DNA of 64,000 nt from Bugula neritina (GCA_964035545.1 OZ037767.1:20724628-20788627), one strand, 5' to 3'; positions 13,101 through 28,100 are shown, numbered from the stretch's first letter. The notes: generated by a model not told the origin, from the letters alone. Translations and numbers: made by a program.

Positions 13101-16100
13101 CCGTTGGTTTTGTATATAAACTCCCATGCTGTCAGTCTTTAGCTTTCGTCCAAGTTATGTCTTAAGAAAAACTTAAACTTGTGAGATCAATTGGTAATAG
13201 ATGTGAGAAAGTGACAGCTATTTTAGTTGAGAATATGCGCTTGCATTGGAGATGGTGATCCCCTATATAAGTATGGGGATCACCATTTTATAAATAAACT
13301 GATCTTCTGCATTTGTCTGTCCATGTCTAACAGATGCTGCCCGACAGCGAAAGGCCGAAAGGTCTATGCAAGTCTTCTCTACCTCAGTCTGTCCTCATAC
13401 TAATCGGGAAACTAAAAACTACCGACTCCGCTCTTCCTTCAGCAGATAAAGATGCGGAGTATGAGCTGAAACTCAGTCTCACTCAACTATATCCTTCAGG
13501 TTAGTGTGACTCACCTATACCCTTCAGGTTAGTGTGACTCAACTATATCCTTCAGGTTAGTGTGACTCAACTATACCCTTCAGGTTAGTGTGACTCAACT
13601 ATACCCTTCAGGTTAGTGTGACTCAACTATACCCTTCAGGTTAGTGTGACTCAACTATATCTTTCAGGTTAGTATGACTCAACTATACCCTTCAGGTTAG
13701 TGTGACTCAACTATACCCTTCATATCGGTCTCGCTTATAATCGAACTGGGAATAGTTGTGGAGTGGTGATTTGAGAAATGGCGCAACTGATACAATCTTT
13801 GCCGTTTTACGTTTTTTTCAACGATTTTCGTGCTGTTTTTTGTGACATTTACTACCCTTGTAAAATAATCTGAGTGGGTGTCGTGCCAAAGGTATTATTT
13901 GATAGCATGGTAAATGCAAGCTGTAGCCTGCAGTGGAGGTGTGCATGCATTACATCATAAGGACACAGAGTGCAACTTCTCTACTACTAACCACTAACTG
14001 CTAAGTTTAACCCAGCTTTTGGTATTTTCAGATCTATTTAAAGTTTAATAAGTTATTGAGTAATTCGTTACAATCTGCTTTGAGTTTATGACTCAGCATT
14101 TCCTATCACTTCACTCAACTAATATAAGTATCTTATAATCTCTACCCATGTTAGTGTTTACATGACATGACAGGTTCTACTCAGCTGTACCTTTGTGTCC
14201 TTGGGTGGGCATAATACCACCTGTCTATACATTTTCTAATGTGCTCTGAGGCTATCTGTGTATTCTACAGAGTACCTGCTGCTGATTTGATGTTTGTTTT
14301 CCTGTTTACAGAGGTACATGAGCCCCCTGTGTCTCTGCCGTCCACTCTTAAAGCTCCGGCTATTGTGGAGTTATCTGATGCCGGTGACCTGGCAAAGGTC
14401 AGCAACACCAGTTCTAGCAGTGACAGCGCTGACTTGAATTCCGTACTTGTGAGGAATGGCTCTAAAGATCAGCTCAAGTTGAACATGGCCACAGCTTCAA
14501 ACAACCAATCGCATTCCTCGTATGGTGCCAGCAGCCAATCAGATTTACCTGCTGTCAAAGCGAGTGGTCATGCAGCGGACTATTTTAGTAATAAAATACA
14601 GAATAATGTGAACGAAGGCAGCGGGGAGTCAGCGGAGACCCTGCTGGTGGCTAGCATGCGGAACATCACCAAGTCAGATGAAAGTTCTATACACAATCAT
14701 GTGGACGCAGGTGAGACTCGAATTACTTTGTATCCTCAGCTTTAGGTAGAAATATTGCTGTGAGGAGGGCACAACTTTATATATCTTGTAAATGAAATTT
14801 TCGGCATTATTACTAGAAATTAGGCTACTGTTAGTGTGGGAGCCCCATGTGACCCTCCAATGTAATAGTGTCAGTAAAGAAAGACTTTTACACGATTCTA
14901 CTCTCTTCTCCAACTTCTACTAATTTTATTCTATATATTTGAATCAAAGTGCTGGTTTGGAATTATCTCGCCCCTTCTGTGGGACAAACTCCTTTATACA
15001 AATACTCTGCAGTTGCTTTTTGGGAAAAAAAGTTTTTTCTCGGAGCTGAGAGGTGGTCCTGAATATGTGTAAACCTTGTCTCCTGGTGATACAGAATGTC
15101 ATTCACCTGGCTCTTGAACCACTTGGGTGTCTCAAGTGAAGGACGATGTAATCTTTCATGTGTCATTAAATTTTTAGAATTTCTCTTTGTATAACATTAT
15201 GTGAGGTATTTTAATTTCATAATGTCGGCATGGTGACACTGGTATTCACACCCTACATTACATAACTTGAGACCCTGGCTTGGAACCCACCACTCTGCCA
15301 TCACCTGTTGCCTCATGTCAAGCATTTATCAAATGACTTTTGTTTAACAGTGCTAACAATATTGTAACATAATATATCAACCATAGAAATTCTGGACTGA
15401 ATAAATAAAAGAGGCTAAAAATTTTATTGAATAAATTAGCTGTCAAATTGATAAATTTTGGGCATTATATGATTATTTATATAATTTATTGAATATGGTT
15501 GATGCCATAATGTCTCAGGTGTAAGTTGGAGCAGCTTTTCCCAAGTACTTTGGCCCAATGTGCCTAATAATATGCACTCTTCAAAATCAATTTTTTTGCC
15601 ATTTTGACAGATTTTTTGGGCTAAGGTCACACCGTACAATGCAGTACCTCCGTATCAATGTTGACATTGTAAACTTAAAAGTGTATCACAGCCAACATAA
15701 CACAAGAGACGCTGCATCCGTCTCACTGATTTATGTGGCAATTCTAAACTGAAACGTTTCAACTTGAAAATTTTTTTTCAATCCTTTGTAAGCACTGCCC
15801 TGCATCAAAGTTATGTAATTGGATCCTAGTTCATTTCTACAATTAATCAATATTAGCTGTTTATTAATCACTAATCTCTCTGAATTATTATGGGCAGAGA
15901 ATTTATTGAGATAATTGAACTTTTTGCTGAAGAATAAACGCAGTTTGAAATAGTCACTGTGCAGGTGTTAACAGCACAGTGTGCTCCATCTCCAGTGATA
16001 GAGCCATCTGTCTAGTTTAAGTCTCTCTCTGTAGTCATTGGTAGCTCAGCTTGCTTCTAAATGGTTCTTGTAAGTCACTAGATTATGTAGCTGGTGTGTT

Positions 16101-19100
16101 GGATGGTCCCCAGTCTAGCAACATGTAAACAGAAATGTTTCAAGATAAAAAAGAACAGATATTTCAATATTATAAGTTGTTGGAATTGCCCAACGTACCA
16201 GGTTTCGAGAGTAGTCCTTCTAGCAAAGTACTTTGTATTCATAGTTCACTAAGTAGCTGTCTCTTTGTTACACCTGCTAAGTCACTGCTAATCGTTAAGC
16301 AACATCCTTGTGAAATAAAAGTTAACCATATAAATGGTCATATTATGTAGCTGATGTTATATTATATGTATATAGTATATGTATAATTATGTTATATATT
16401 ATATGTATATATTATACTGTATAATTATATTATATGTGTCTATTATGCTGTATATATTATGTATGATAATATGTATGTATTATACTTCATATATTATATA
16501 TTATAGATGATGAAATGTCGATACAGTCATCTACCTACGATTCGCACATACCTACAGGAAGTAGGTGTGTCAGGACAGAGAAACCCCCACTTCCTGTTGA
16601 TGCCGGTACAGTGGGTGAAGACACTGGAGAGGATATCTTGGAGTTAACGGGCTTGCTACAATCTCAGGTAGTTCCAGCATAGCCAGGGCTCTTATCGTTT
16701 CTTTTAGGCCAATTTACTTAACCAGTTGGTTTTTCACTCATATTGTAATGAAATGGTTGTCGGATAAAAATATATATCAACTTTAGCTAAAACCTCCTCA
16801 CCTCCTGGCTGATCAGGTGATCACAATAGTTGGTTACTTTGTAGTCTCAGAGTTATCTGCCCATATAGTTCTAAATTTATCTGCCATTCTAGTAACAATA
16901 CCTATCTGCCACTCTAGTAACAGTACCTATCTGCCATTCTAGTAACAATAAGTACTTGTACTGCTAACTTTGCTAGTTATCTACTTGCTGCTTATGAATA
17001 GGTCTCCCAGTTTCACCAACATGCCTTCAACTCTTACGTAACTCACATGGAACGTACAGGGTCTGCCCCTACAGAGTAGAATGTCATAGAAGTGGTTTTT
17101 TTATTCATTCGTTGGTACCTTGCTGAAATTATCATAGTAATAGAAAGAAAATAATTGAAACTCTGATGAAATAATACAAATTATTTTGTTAATTAAATTT
17201 AACTGCAATACAGCTCTTTTTTGTGATGTGTGGAGGGAAACGTTTGAGGAACTCCCCAGATATTTCAGGTTGATTTCCATGTAATAGTAGTTTGACACCA
17301 ACTGCCTCCTCTAGCTCTAGGTGAGCCCCTGTCAGCTGACACTTGTTCTACCTGCTCATCTCTGACTCAACACCCCCTTCTCAGGTCAACCCAAGTTCAC
17401 TCTGTAACTCAAGCTGGTGGAAAATTAATTTGGCATTTGCCAAGTCTATGCAGTTCTGTTAACCAGCCTTCACAAATGTAATTGATTTGTTAAAACCATT
17501 TAAAATAAATCAAAAGTTGTGCATAATAAGTAATAGTATTATACAAATTATTGAGAATAAATCATTTGTGCAAGTCTTTTTCAACAAAGCAATAAATGAT
17601 AATGTTGATACTTTTGTTTTACAACTCTCATTATGAGGCTGGATAGTAACTCCATTCAGACTGAGAGGGAAGGAGATGAGGGAGTGGGAAGGGGTTTGGG
17701 GTAGGGGAAGTGGAAAGGTTAATGTTGACAAATGCTAAATTTTCTTGGGCAAAGGATTAAAGATAATTTGTTAAAAATTAAATTTAAAACTACAAAGCTG
17801 TTTTCATTATTTTTGTCACTGTTTTAGAAAAAACAAAATTATGACTGATCTTGTTGATTGTAAAAGAAATATATGTCAAAGTTGTATACCAAAGTTTATA
17901 TAATAGACATTAGAGCAACATTTCTGTAGGCATCTTTGAGATTTTGCTCATATTTTATACCCATAACATAAAATTAAAGCACGATAATACTTTCAGTTGA
18001 CTATCTGATTGTAATTGTTATTAAATCATAATTCTTTAGTTGAAATGTAAATATGCCATACATGAGCATTTGAAATAGCTGAGCACTGTATACTACGTGT
18101 GTATAGTATTTTCATATATATTCTGATATGCCTTGCACAGGAGTCAACAATCAGCAGACTGAGAAAACGAGTGGACGAGCTCTCCTGTATGCTGGAGGAG
18201 TGCCATTTGACCTCTGTCAACAGATACCAAGATCTCTCCGCTCCAGGTACTATTGCAAATTGAAAGATAAGATGGCCGCTGTTTACTCTGTGTTCCATGC
18301 GGTATATGTTAGTTCAGTTAGCACAGTGTTTGGGTATACATGTCACACTAGCTGTCATTCAGAGTAGACTATGTGCCAGCTGCCTCGTAGTATGGTAGCT
18401 TTACAGGATGGGATGGCAGTAGTTATCAGTGCAAATACTGCGTATACCTTCATAAGCTTATTTCCATTTCTCTGTATGACACAGCAAAGTGCTGTAAGTG
18501 AATGTGAAATCCTGAAAAAGAAAAATGGAGACGTGCACAACCGAAGTTTTGTTTGTGTTCTGATTTCTATAAAACATGTTTGATCCTGAGGGAATTGCCA
18601 TGGTTTAAGGCAAAAGCGAGTTATTTTATTGCGATGGTTTTTTTTTTCAGTAACTTTTTTATCTTGTTCCCATCCAGCAGTACATACTGTTATAAAATCA
18701 AACTAACCTATCACTATTGGCAAACTGTAGGAACCAATCTCAGGTTAGTGAGTGATGGTCGTTTTTGAATTGTTTGTTAAATTGGCCAGTTGAGAGTTGC
18801 ATTCTCAATGCACTGAACTATTTTGCCTTCTTTCCGTCTTCGATTCTCCTGATCTACATGCCAAGGATCTAGATCCTGCTTGTTGACATTCACCAGCTAA
18901 CAAACTGCATGGAGTGTTCTACTTGAACCTCTATGATGTCATTCAATGGACCTAAACTCTTCTGGACACCCCAGATTCTAGCGGATGTTATGAGCTGGAG
19001 TACGCCACTGGGGGAGATGGCGGGACTGTAGAGTCTAGGGAGTGTAACCACATAGCAGAGCTACTAATACCAGCTCTGCTGCTCAGTGAAACAAGTCTTC

Positions 19101-22100
19101 TGATTCAGTCAGAACTGCCCAGAAGCTTCCACGGCGCTCTTCAGCTTAGTCTGGGATGCTAGTGAAAATGTTGTTTATTTTTAGTCCAAATACGCTGTGT
19201 TTTTCTAATTTTAGCCTTTTACCAAACATTATGTAAAAACAACTGTATGAATGGGAAAATAAATTGGATTTGGTCACTAAAGGCCAAAATTTATTCACCT
19301 CTTACCCTGCAAATAGAGAAAATAGAGTTTGTGTTGAGTTAGTTCAGTTGCTGTGACATTCTAGAATACGCAATGAGGTGATTAAGGTGACATGGTTTGG
19401 AAGTGAAACCTGCAAGATATGGTAATTTACTTGGTTAATTTGTTCTACCAGGGATGGGCGTGGAGTGTGGTGGTGTTGTAATATCCATGTTTATTTCTTC
19501 TTCATGTCACTAAAAAATGTGCTCTCCCTAGACCACCGTAAACCTTGCGTCAATAAATGGAAAAATTGTAGTAAACTGTAATATTAGATTCTGAAAGGAA
19601 AATTATCTGTTGCATGTATATTTGATTTCAGGAATAAATGTGATTATATATTATATTATAATAATATATTACAATAATATATACCTGTATTGGTATGTTA
19701 TATATTCGAATATTATAGACCATATATATTAACATATTCTAATGTACCTATTAAGACATATAGCATATAGATATATTTTTTTTCTTATATATATGTATAT
19801 ATATATATCACACTAAATAACTAAAATGTTCTTTACTATTATTTAGTGGGGTATTGCCATATGCACATCAGCAGTTTGGCCGTGGGATATAAGTTTCTAG
19901 TTTGAGTTTCTCTAAAAACGTTTTCTGTTTTCTAGGCAAGGAAATATTATTGCATCAGCATTATTCACAAAAGGAACATTGGACTAACTGTTCAGCTTAC
20001 ATGTAACTTTGTTTTATTTGAAAAAACTGGCACAACAAAAAGTTCCTTCTGGTGGTTGCCATCACTAAATTACAATAGAGATAAGCACTGGATAGTTGTT
20101 GAAATGGTACCATTTTATTGTTACAACTGTACAACTTGGAACAAAACCATTACCATCTGATTTTGTATGCCTGTCGGTGAATAATGACCAGCTGGTTTCC
20201 AAAAAAGAATTTATTTTATCATGTTTATGTTAGAAAAGATCCAGCTTGAGCCGAGAACTTACCAGAAGCGTGTTATGAAGCTGGGTCATCTTAGGCATAA
20301 TGCATATGGGATATTATCAGCAATATGAACATAAAGAACACCTACAATAAATTTGGTGAACCGCTGGCATATTAAAATTAAAAAAACAACAATTTCCTAC
20401 AGAGTAAGGCACTACCGGCAGAATACAGCGATTTAACAAATTAAACTCCTATTATATTTATGTCATGCGTTTTCTCTAGCAACCAAAGTATAGTTTACCA
20501 AATAATTATATTCATACCAACAATTGATTGATAACTCTAGTAGACTTTCTACATATCTCAGCTCTAATTGTTTTCACCAATACTCACTTTCTTCTCATTA
20601 AATGATTTGCGGTCTCCCAGTGGAAAGGTGCTGGATTCCTTATTAATCATCACCAACCATCGCAAGACAGCAGATTTATGTTTCATTTTAAATTCTTTGG
20701 CGCTCAGCACCTTTTGGGCCGACTTGTGGAAATGTTCCAAAGAATGAAAGTGAAAAATTTACCAGTTTGAGGTTAATGATGAAACAGGTTTCCCAGGCAA
20801 GCATTCTTTCTCACGTTTAGATGTGCACAAAATTTGTGTGAATTCAATTTGTTGAAATTGTTTGTAACCAACAATCAGCGACTTTGTTTTTGTGTTGGAT
20901 GATTTGACTGCTGGAATCGTGTTTGTCACTTTTCAAATCTTGGCATTGGTTTTTTTAGATAATTTATAAATTTATAGATTGATCCATTTGCTTGAAACTG
21001 ACTTTCAACAAACAAAATATAATTCCCTTTTTTTAATCCAAATTGTATGCCAAATTTTCGACAAGAAAAGTAGTTAAAAAGAGACAAATCTATGAGACGC
21101 CAATAACCAACTGGCCAAAAGTTATTTGATTGGTAAAAGGTACTTGAGATTAGTTTTGTCACCTAGAACTCCCAGTCGATGTTCCACGTAATAATGTAGA
21201 TCTCTATTCCCTTTCAGGTCCTTCTAATTTGTTACCTTTTCAGCATTTAAAAATAAAGCTTGTTTTATCTTATTTCATTGTTATTTAACAATAAATACGG
21301 TAAATCTTGCCAAAATTTAGATTTAGACTTGCAAATTTCCTTATTTTCTATGTTATGTTTTGCTTCAAAAAAGAAAATGTATTCTAAAATGTTACTTAAC
21401 ATAATTATTTTCATCACTCATGGTAAGACAATTTCCAATTTTTTTAAATTAGCTGCTTTTACTCTTCAAACGCTTTTTTATTTAGGCTTTTGAGAGTAAC
21501 ATTGCTCAACATTTCCTACACCATTTGCTATCAAATTCTAAATGATATGAAAATGTCCTTTTTTTCAAATTTTATTTAAAATCAATTTTAAAATAGGCCA
21601 ATGGATTTTAGTCATAGCAACTGATAAAATTTTGTATATCTATTACATATTTCACAGTATTATAAGCATACAACACATATAGTACTATTATCATGACCTT
21701 GCCTTCTTGCTGTAATAATATGAGTATTATAAATATAATAAAATAGCCAATAAATATTATACCATCTACTATTTCATTGGCTACAAGGATTTAATACCTC
21801 ACGTAATCTTTATTGGCATCATGCTGATAAAATGAATGTAGTTTTATTAAAATATTCTATTACAGGTTTATAGGAGAAATTTAACTCAATTCAATGTCTT
21901 GGTTCTACTTTGTGTAATTTTATAGATATAATGTTTGGTATATTCTCTAGACTTGGTAAATATTATTTACAAAATTTGGAAATTAATTTTGTGTAAGAAC
22001 CATAAATTATATTGCTAATTGAGATATAATTGGACATGGCATTGCTGGAGAAATTAAATGACCATGTTTTTAGCTATGACTCCTGAAATATGTTCACAAA

Positions 22101-25100
22101 CATTTCACCACTGTGGTTAAATCCACCACCGTGGTCGAATGGTGTTGCTAAATTCACAATTTTTATTTTGATGGATTAAAGTAGAAGTACCTTAAAATGA
22201 AGCAAACAAAAGGTATTTTATCAAACAGGATGTTATTGAAATGTTTGAGTCTGTGACTTGGAACCCAACATAGGCCCTTGTCATTCTTTTCAACTGTTGA
22301 TTTTTTAGCTGTTAAAACAGTAACATGCCATCAACTCATCAATTCTGTGGCGTTGTGTCTTATAGTCATTTCAAAGGGATTTACAATGTGTGTTTATGTA
22401 GATTAGGGTTCAAAGGGAGCTTGCAGTGTGCAGGCTTTTAATAGGAATAATTTAAATTTTGGTGTATTGACAGCATCCTGCCTGCTTGAGCCCACTTCTA
22501 GCAACACCTGATGGCAAACTTGGGGATGCAATCTACTTTCTAGTACAATAATCGTTCCATTTTTCATTTTCATTTCCGATATAATTTCATTAGCCAATTG
22601 TGGAAATCCAGATTTAACTATCTAATTTTTTGTTGGATTGATAGGTTTTTAAGAACTTTTTTCCATTGGCGAAAATAGCAATTAAAATTTTTGCCTTTTT
22701 AATAATTAGTCAAATATTTACTATCATTTAATCATTCATTAATTTCTAGCTTCCTTTATCCACTAATTATTATTCCAGTGTGGTCAAATGGCACAAATTG
22801 GCTGTATTGTTTAGAATTATTTTGGCAAACTGTTTTTTAGAGTCTCTAGACTTGGTGTTCCTGCAGTAAAATAACATTCAGAGTTGGTATACTTCACATC
22901 AGCATCTGTCAAAGTACAACACTGTTTTAAATAAAATAATTTATGCAATGGCATCAATTAGCTGTGATAAGACTGAGTCGACTGCTGTTGCAACAGCTGC
23001 CTGGTCCTCTGTTACACTTAATTATTATCTTGAAAGAAATTGACTTATGCTAATTCTGTTTTCATGCTCTGTGTGTATAGCCATGTGGCTGTAGCCATTG
23101 GTCACAGATGCTGGAAGGTAAATGTTCTGTTGGGGCTTTGATGTCTAAGGCATTCTCTGTCATGGCAGCTCAGTTCTTTGAATCATAGGTGTCTGATGGC
23201 AGTGGCAGCACTGATGCAGTGCTGCCGCAGTCTCTTGCTGCCTTCACAGGCAGCTTTAACAACGTCATTTGCATATAACAGGGAATTTAAATGATTTCAA
23301 ATCAAATGGGAATACCATTTCAGCATATCTTATGAATATTGAATCTACCATGGGTCTGGTGTAGCCATGTCATCATCTAAACATAGATCCCATGCCACTT
23401 TGACGCCTTCTTTCTCAACCGTCTACGCAGCAAAGATGTTAGTAAATAGCATCTATCCGCTTGTGTCTTACGTAAATATGGTGAGAGGTAATTATCAGCA
23501 GCGTTGCCTAGGCACATCTGCTTCAATGTTATTAAAGTAAAACACACATTATGAAGAGATTTGTACCGATTGTCTCCCTACCTCCTCAAACTCTATTGAT
23601 TGAGAATGATTGTGTGTAGTACTTCAGTCCATTAAAAATGTCAACATTTGTTTATAATTCTGGTACTATATAGTGCGACTAAGTCTCCATTCGTTTCTTA
23701 CACTCGGATGTAAACCAGTGCAGATATAAATCATCGCTGCAGCTACAACTAATTCCGTCACTCCATTCACCTGAAAGTTTGTGTCTCTTGCTGCATTTGC
23801 AGATACTAACGTTATTTTGATCAGAATCGTAATGATGAATTGTTAGTTGCTGAGGTATTAGCTGCAGATGTATGGTTAATTATTTTTGGTCATGCTCAAA
23901 TCCTAACTTGAGGAATTTCTGAAAAGCAAGGAGATAAGGAAATGGTAGTGTCAAAGGAAAGTGTCACTTAACGGACCTTCAGCATGCCTCACACCTTCTA
24001 AGATGAATTAAACACAACTACACGTGACTGAAATAGCAACTTGCTCTGCCGTGTTCATGCTTTCCAACTAAATGCCAGCATTTCTAATTTTTTGGATTTA
24101 ATTCCTTTTTTGTTAAACCAAGGCCATTTGAAATGAGAAAAGTCTTTTTTACCACCACGGCATATAGCAAAGCTGATCACATTAAAGAGTGTTTGGGCTA
24201 TGCAGCATCATATCTACAGACTGGTCCAAATAGTTTAGATATTTGTGAGAGTCTATAACGTCGCCCCTACTATAATAACACTGTAATGCAGTTTGAGGTG
24301 TAGCAGATCGTGCCTCCATAATAAGTTTAAACCTGGAGTGGCCATTTTGGCCCTCTTCATAATATAATACACTCGAGTGTTGTATTTGTATATACATTAT
24401 CGGTAATGTAATATACTCAATAGGAATATTCATGCAAAATCCTGGGTCTCAGTAATGAAGTTGTAAGAGCTCACTTGGTAAATTATCTTTCTAGTGCTAG
24501 TTTGTATGCAGATCTTGATGCTCTTGTATGTCCATTTGCATTTCACTAAACATATCATCATATGTAATATGTTATAACATTAAACATTTATGTACATTCT
24601 ATTTACTACTTTTGCATATCAAAATCATCACACATCTACACAAGACTATGCAATTTGAATAATTCATTCCTGTGTGTTGTGTTGTAGAAGTTGCAAGCAT
24701 AACCTTTACTTCTTCTGAACAGAGCATTGAGAAGAAGTTTCTGTTAGACAGAGGACGGCTAAAACTGGAGGCACTCAAAGCTGCCTTTGATTTGCCGTAC
24801 ATCATACTTCACCTCGGTATGCTTTATAAAAGTTATTATTTGGCTTAATAATGGGATTGATTCATAGATTAACTATTTTCTGCTATTGACAGCTATTAAA
24901 TAATCTAGTTTAAAAACTGTTTTATCTCAAATAGATTTGATATAAAAAGACTTTTGTAGGGGTTGAAAACTACTCATATATGGATAGGCATTCGTACAAG
25001 TTAGCTAACTAGTAATAATTGAGAAACAGACAACTTTTTCTCTGTTTTCCAGCTATTTCATGCGTCTTCAACATATGACCATCTATTTACATCAATGCCG

Positions 25101-28100
25101 CATAGTTAGACCTTCCCTGGAAGATGTGGTGTTGTGTTAACATAAATGAAGAAAGTGGTATTAATAATTTTTTTTCTGGCTCCTAATCTCATCGAATCTG
25201 ACTAGTAGCTTTGGTATTGTCTGTGGACACAGCCATGAAATTTCATCTTTCCCACACATGGCTTCTCTAGTAAGAATGATTCATACGAATCCCTGATGCC
25301 AAAGAGAGTTTCCTGTGGAACTTTCAACTTTTTACTACTTCTTTTTCTGTAGCTTATGGCACTATGCCATATGTAGAGGTGGTAAGATTCCAACACTATT
25401 ATTGGTCTAATATATTTCGGATAATTGATTAAACTTGAAAGTCATTGCAGCAGTGATTTTAATTAAGAACAAAAGGGTTGTTTGAGGAGCATATCAATTT
25501 CTGTGATGACTGGGACCCTGGAGCAGTTGAGCCTGTCCGATCTTGTAGTGGGAGTTGTATGAAGGATGGCCACCTGACCAAGAGATGAGTCTTCTGCTTG
25601 TTAAACATTGCTTCATTGATATGAATAATATTTCAGCTTCTGTTTGCTTTTCTCCAATTCAAGGTTATAAGCTGAACTCGAAACTCAATTGTTTCGACAT
25701 TTTGCTTTCTAATCACATGGGATAAACCAGACTGATTTTAAATTCTCCAGACTCAAACATGTGGTTACCTCCAAGATTCAGATCTGGAGTTTGTTTTGAT
25801 GGTTTGTAAACATTTTCCAAAACTCCTATTTTTTTCTCTGCTTCTGTAGGTTTTGAGGGCACATTTTGGTAGTTGGAGAGTTTCAGCTGTATGTTTAAAG
25901 TTGTGTAGCTGTTCTACCAAGTTGCTGTACATGAGACAGTGATTGACAATCTCGTGTCCTAGAATAGTTTGTTCTTTGGCATGTATCTTCATTGCTCATC
26001 ATATCTGAAACCTCACGCTCAGCGTCAGAGTCTCTGTGACCTAGTAGGCTGTTCTCTGGAAAATTCCGTCTATCTCTAAGCTAACGCTATATCTCCTGGT
26101 GGAGGATGGTTGGTACAGGATAGCGGGTGCAGGATTGTTGGTACAAGGCAGCTTTAAAATAACATTATTTTTCAATAGGTTCTTGTTAGCTTTTTGATTC
26201 CTACGGTTTGTTTAAGGCATACAACTCTCCAAGAGATGTGGTGTGTAATACTAGGCTGGATCCTATTGCTATTCTTTGGACAAAAGGTACAGATGGTAGG
26301 GTGGGCATATTAAGCTAGAAGATGCTGGAGTTCTTGTGTTCAGTTGTGCTGAATCAAGTACCATAGTCTGGCAGCCAACTCATTTTCACTCCAACGTTCG
26401 TTCATCAATCACCAGATGCTCCTCCATACCCCAAAACTCTCACAGAGTATTGGCAAAACCAGCCAAGGAAATGGGATGTCTTTGCGGAATGATGTTGAAA
26501 AATGAGATGGTGTCTGCAATTGCACAATTAGTAAAAACATTCATTGGAAGTAGGTACCAGTCTGTCATAGTATTGGTAATGGTATGCCAGTGCATAGGGT
26601 CAAATGATAGGTGGGGCCCTTGCTGAATAATTACAATTTACTAATTTTAGCTTTGGCAGATGGCAAGTAGATATACAATGCGCTTGCTCTCAGCTAATCA
26701 ATTTTCTAATGGAAGAGTGCTAGAAAAGTTACGGAGTCAACAGCTTTCTCCAATATCAGCCCTGGTTCAACTTTTTCTCACAAAACATTGTGTCTCATCG
26801 CCAAAAAGTTCTGTATCTGGGATGTCATTAAAGCACCGTGTAATGTGTGCTCAAGCACCTCAAATTCAGTCATTCAACCTGGGTTACTGCAATTAGGCAT
26901 GCTAAAATTATGCTAATAAAAACAACTACATCGAGCAAGTCTATCTCAGTCTTCTTCACTAGATTCTAATGACATCATCAACTTAATTGCCTTGACACTA
27001 ACCAATCCCACTTCCTTAAATGCAAAACACAAAATTTATTTTTCATGATAATTTGCAAACTTATGCAACTTGTTTGCTTAATATTTCGGTACATTCAATT
27101 TTGGCTTTACTCAATTTTACTGTCAGCAATAATTGCATTCTTTCAAAGAATGCAAAAAAAAGTTCAAACTTAATAAACTATGCCAGATTCTGTTAAACAG
27201 CAATAAGCCTGAGCCAAAAAATCTCTGTTTAGCTTCCCTCCAAAAGCATATTAATAGTTCTGCAATCTGCGAAATAGCTGAAACAATGTGGGCCAGCAGT
27301 GGGACAATGGGTCGCTCTGTCAAACTGGTAATAAATGACAATGATTATTCATTATTGACAGTTTTTATATTGGCTCTACTGATTGCCATATTAGTAACTT
27401 ATAAGCTATCAGCATAGCATGTTGGTATCTCTCAAGCATAAATGAAATATGAAGAGAATAATAATGGGTATTTTGATAATAAAGTTATTTTTTAATTATC
27501 GGATTGATGAAATGCTATTCTTGCATTGAGTACACTCGACTCCTATTTATCATTAGGTTTTAAGAGCACTTGTCATTTAATACTAAGCAAATTATCATTA
27601 CATATCATAATTCTGTCAACTATTCATAAAGCCTTAAATTACTTGGATTAAAAATGCTCCCTGCTAACATCAAGACTTAAAATCACCTTTATGTTTAATT
27701 ACATCATCTTATATTCTTTTGGTAATCTTTGCTTTAATTTCGATTATCTTCTATTTGCTTCAACATTATTGGCTAACGGAAGATTACAGTTGCACATCTG
27801 CGTCAGGATGGTTGCTTGTATAAAAAATATAATTCAATGCACAAAAAAATATCAAATAAGGTTCAGCTGTGAGTACTGCTTCTGTGTACCTAGTGAGAAC
27901 TGGCACTGCTATGCAAGAGGCCCAAACGACCTTGGCCCATTCTATAGCAGCTTTCTTCATAATCAAATTTTGCAAAAATACAAAAAAAAGAATAAATTTT
28001 ATAAGGTATTCCATGAGTTTTAATACATGTCTATTTCTACCTGTAGATGGCCTGCCCATTGTACTCACGTCCAACATCGATGGCTATATACCGTTGAAGT

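Noticed and set aside
8252-13722. Regular 23-bp and 28-bp arrays resembling CRISPR repeats
   Set aside because: Head-to-tail units with no unique spacers, no cas genes, and a eukaryotic intronic context.
20050-21200. Possible decayed DNA-transposase fragment
   Set aside because: No motif could be read with enough clarity; no terminal repeats found.
27869-28046. 5' part of the 239-aa ORF as a stand-alone gene start
   Set aside because: Intronic read-through; WDCP similarity starts at the acceptor before 28047.
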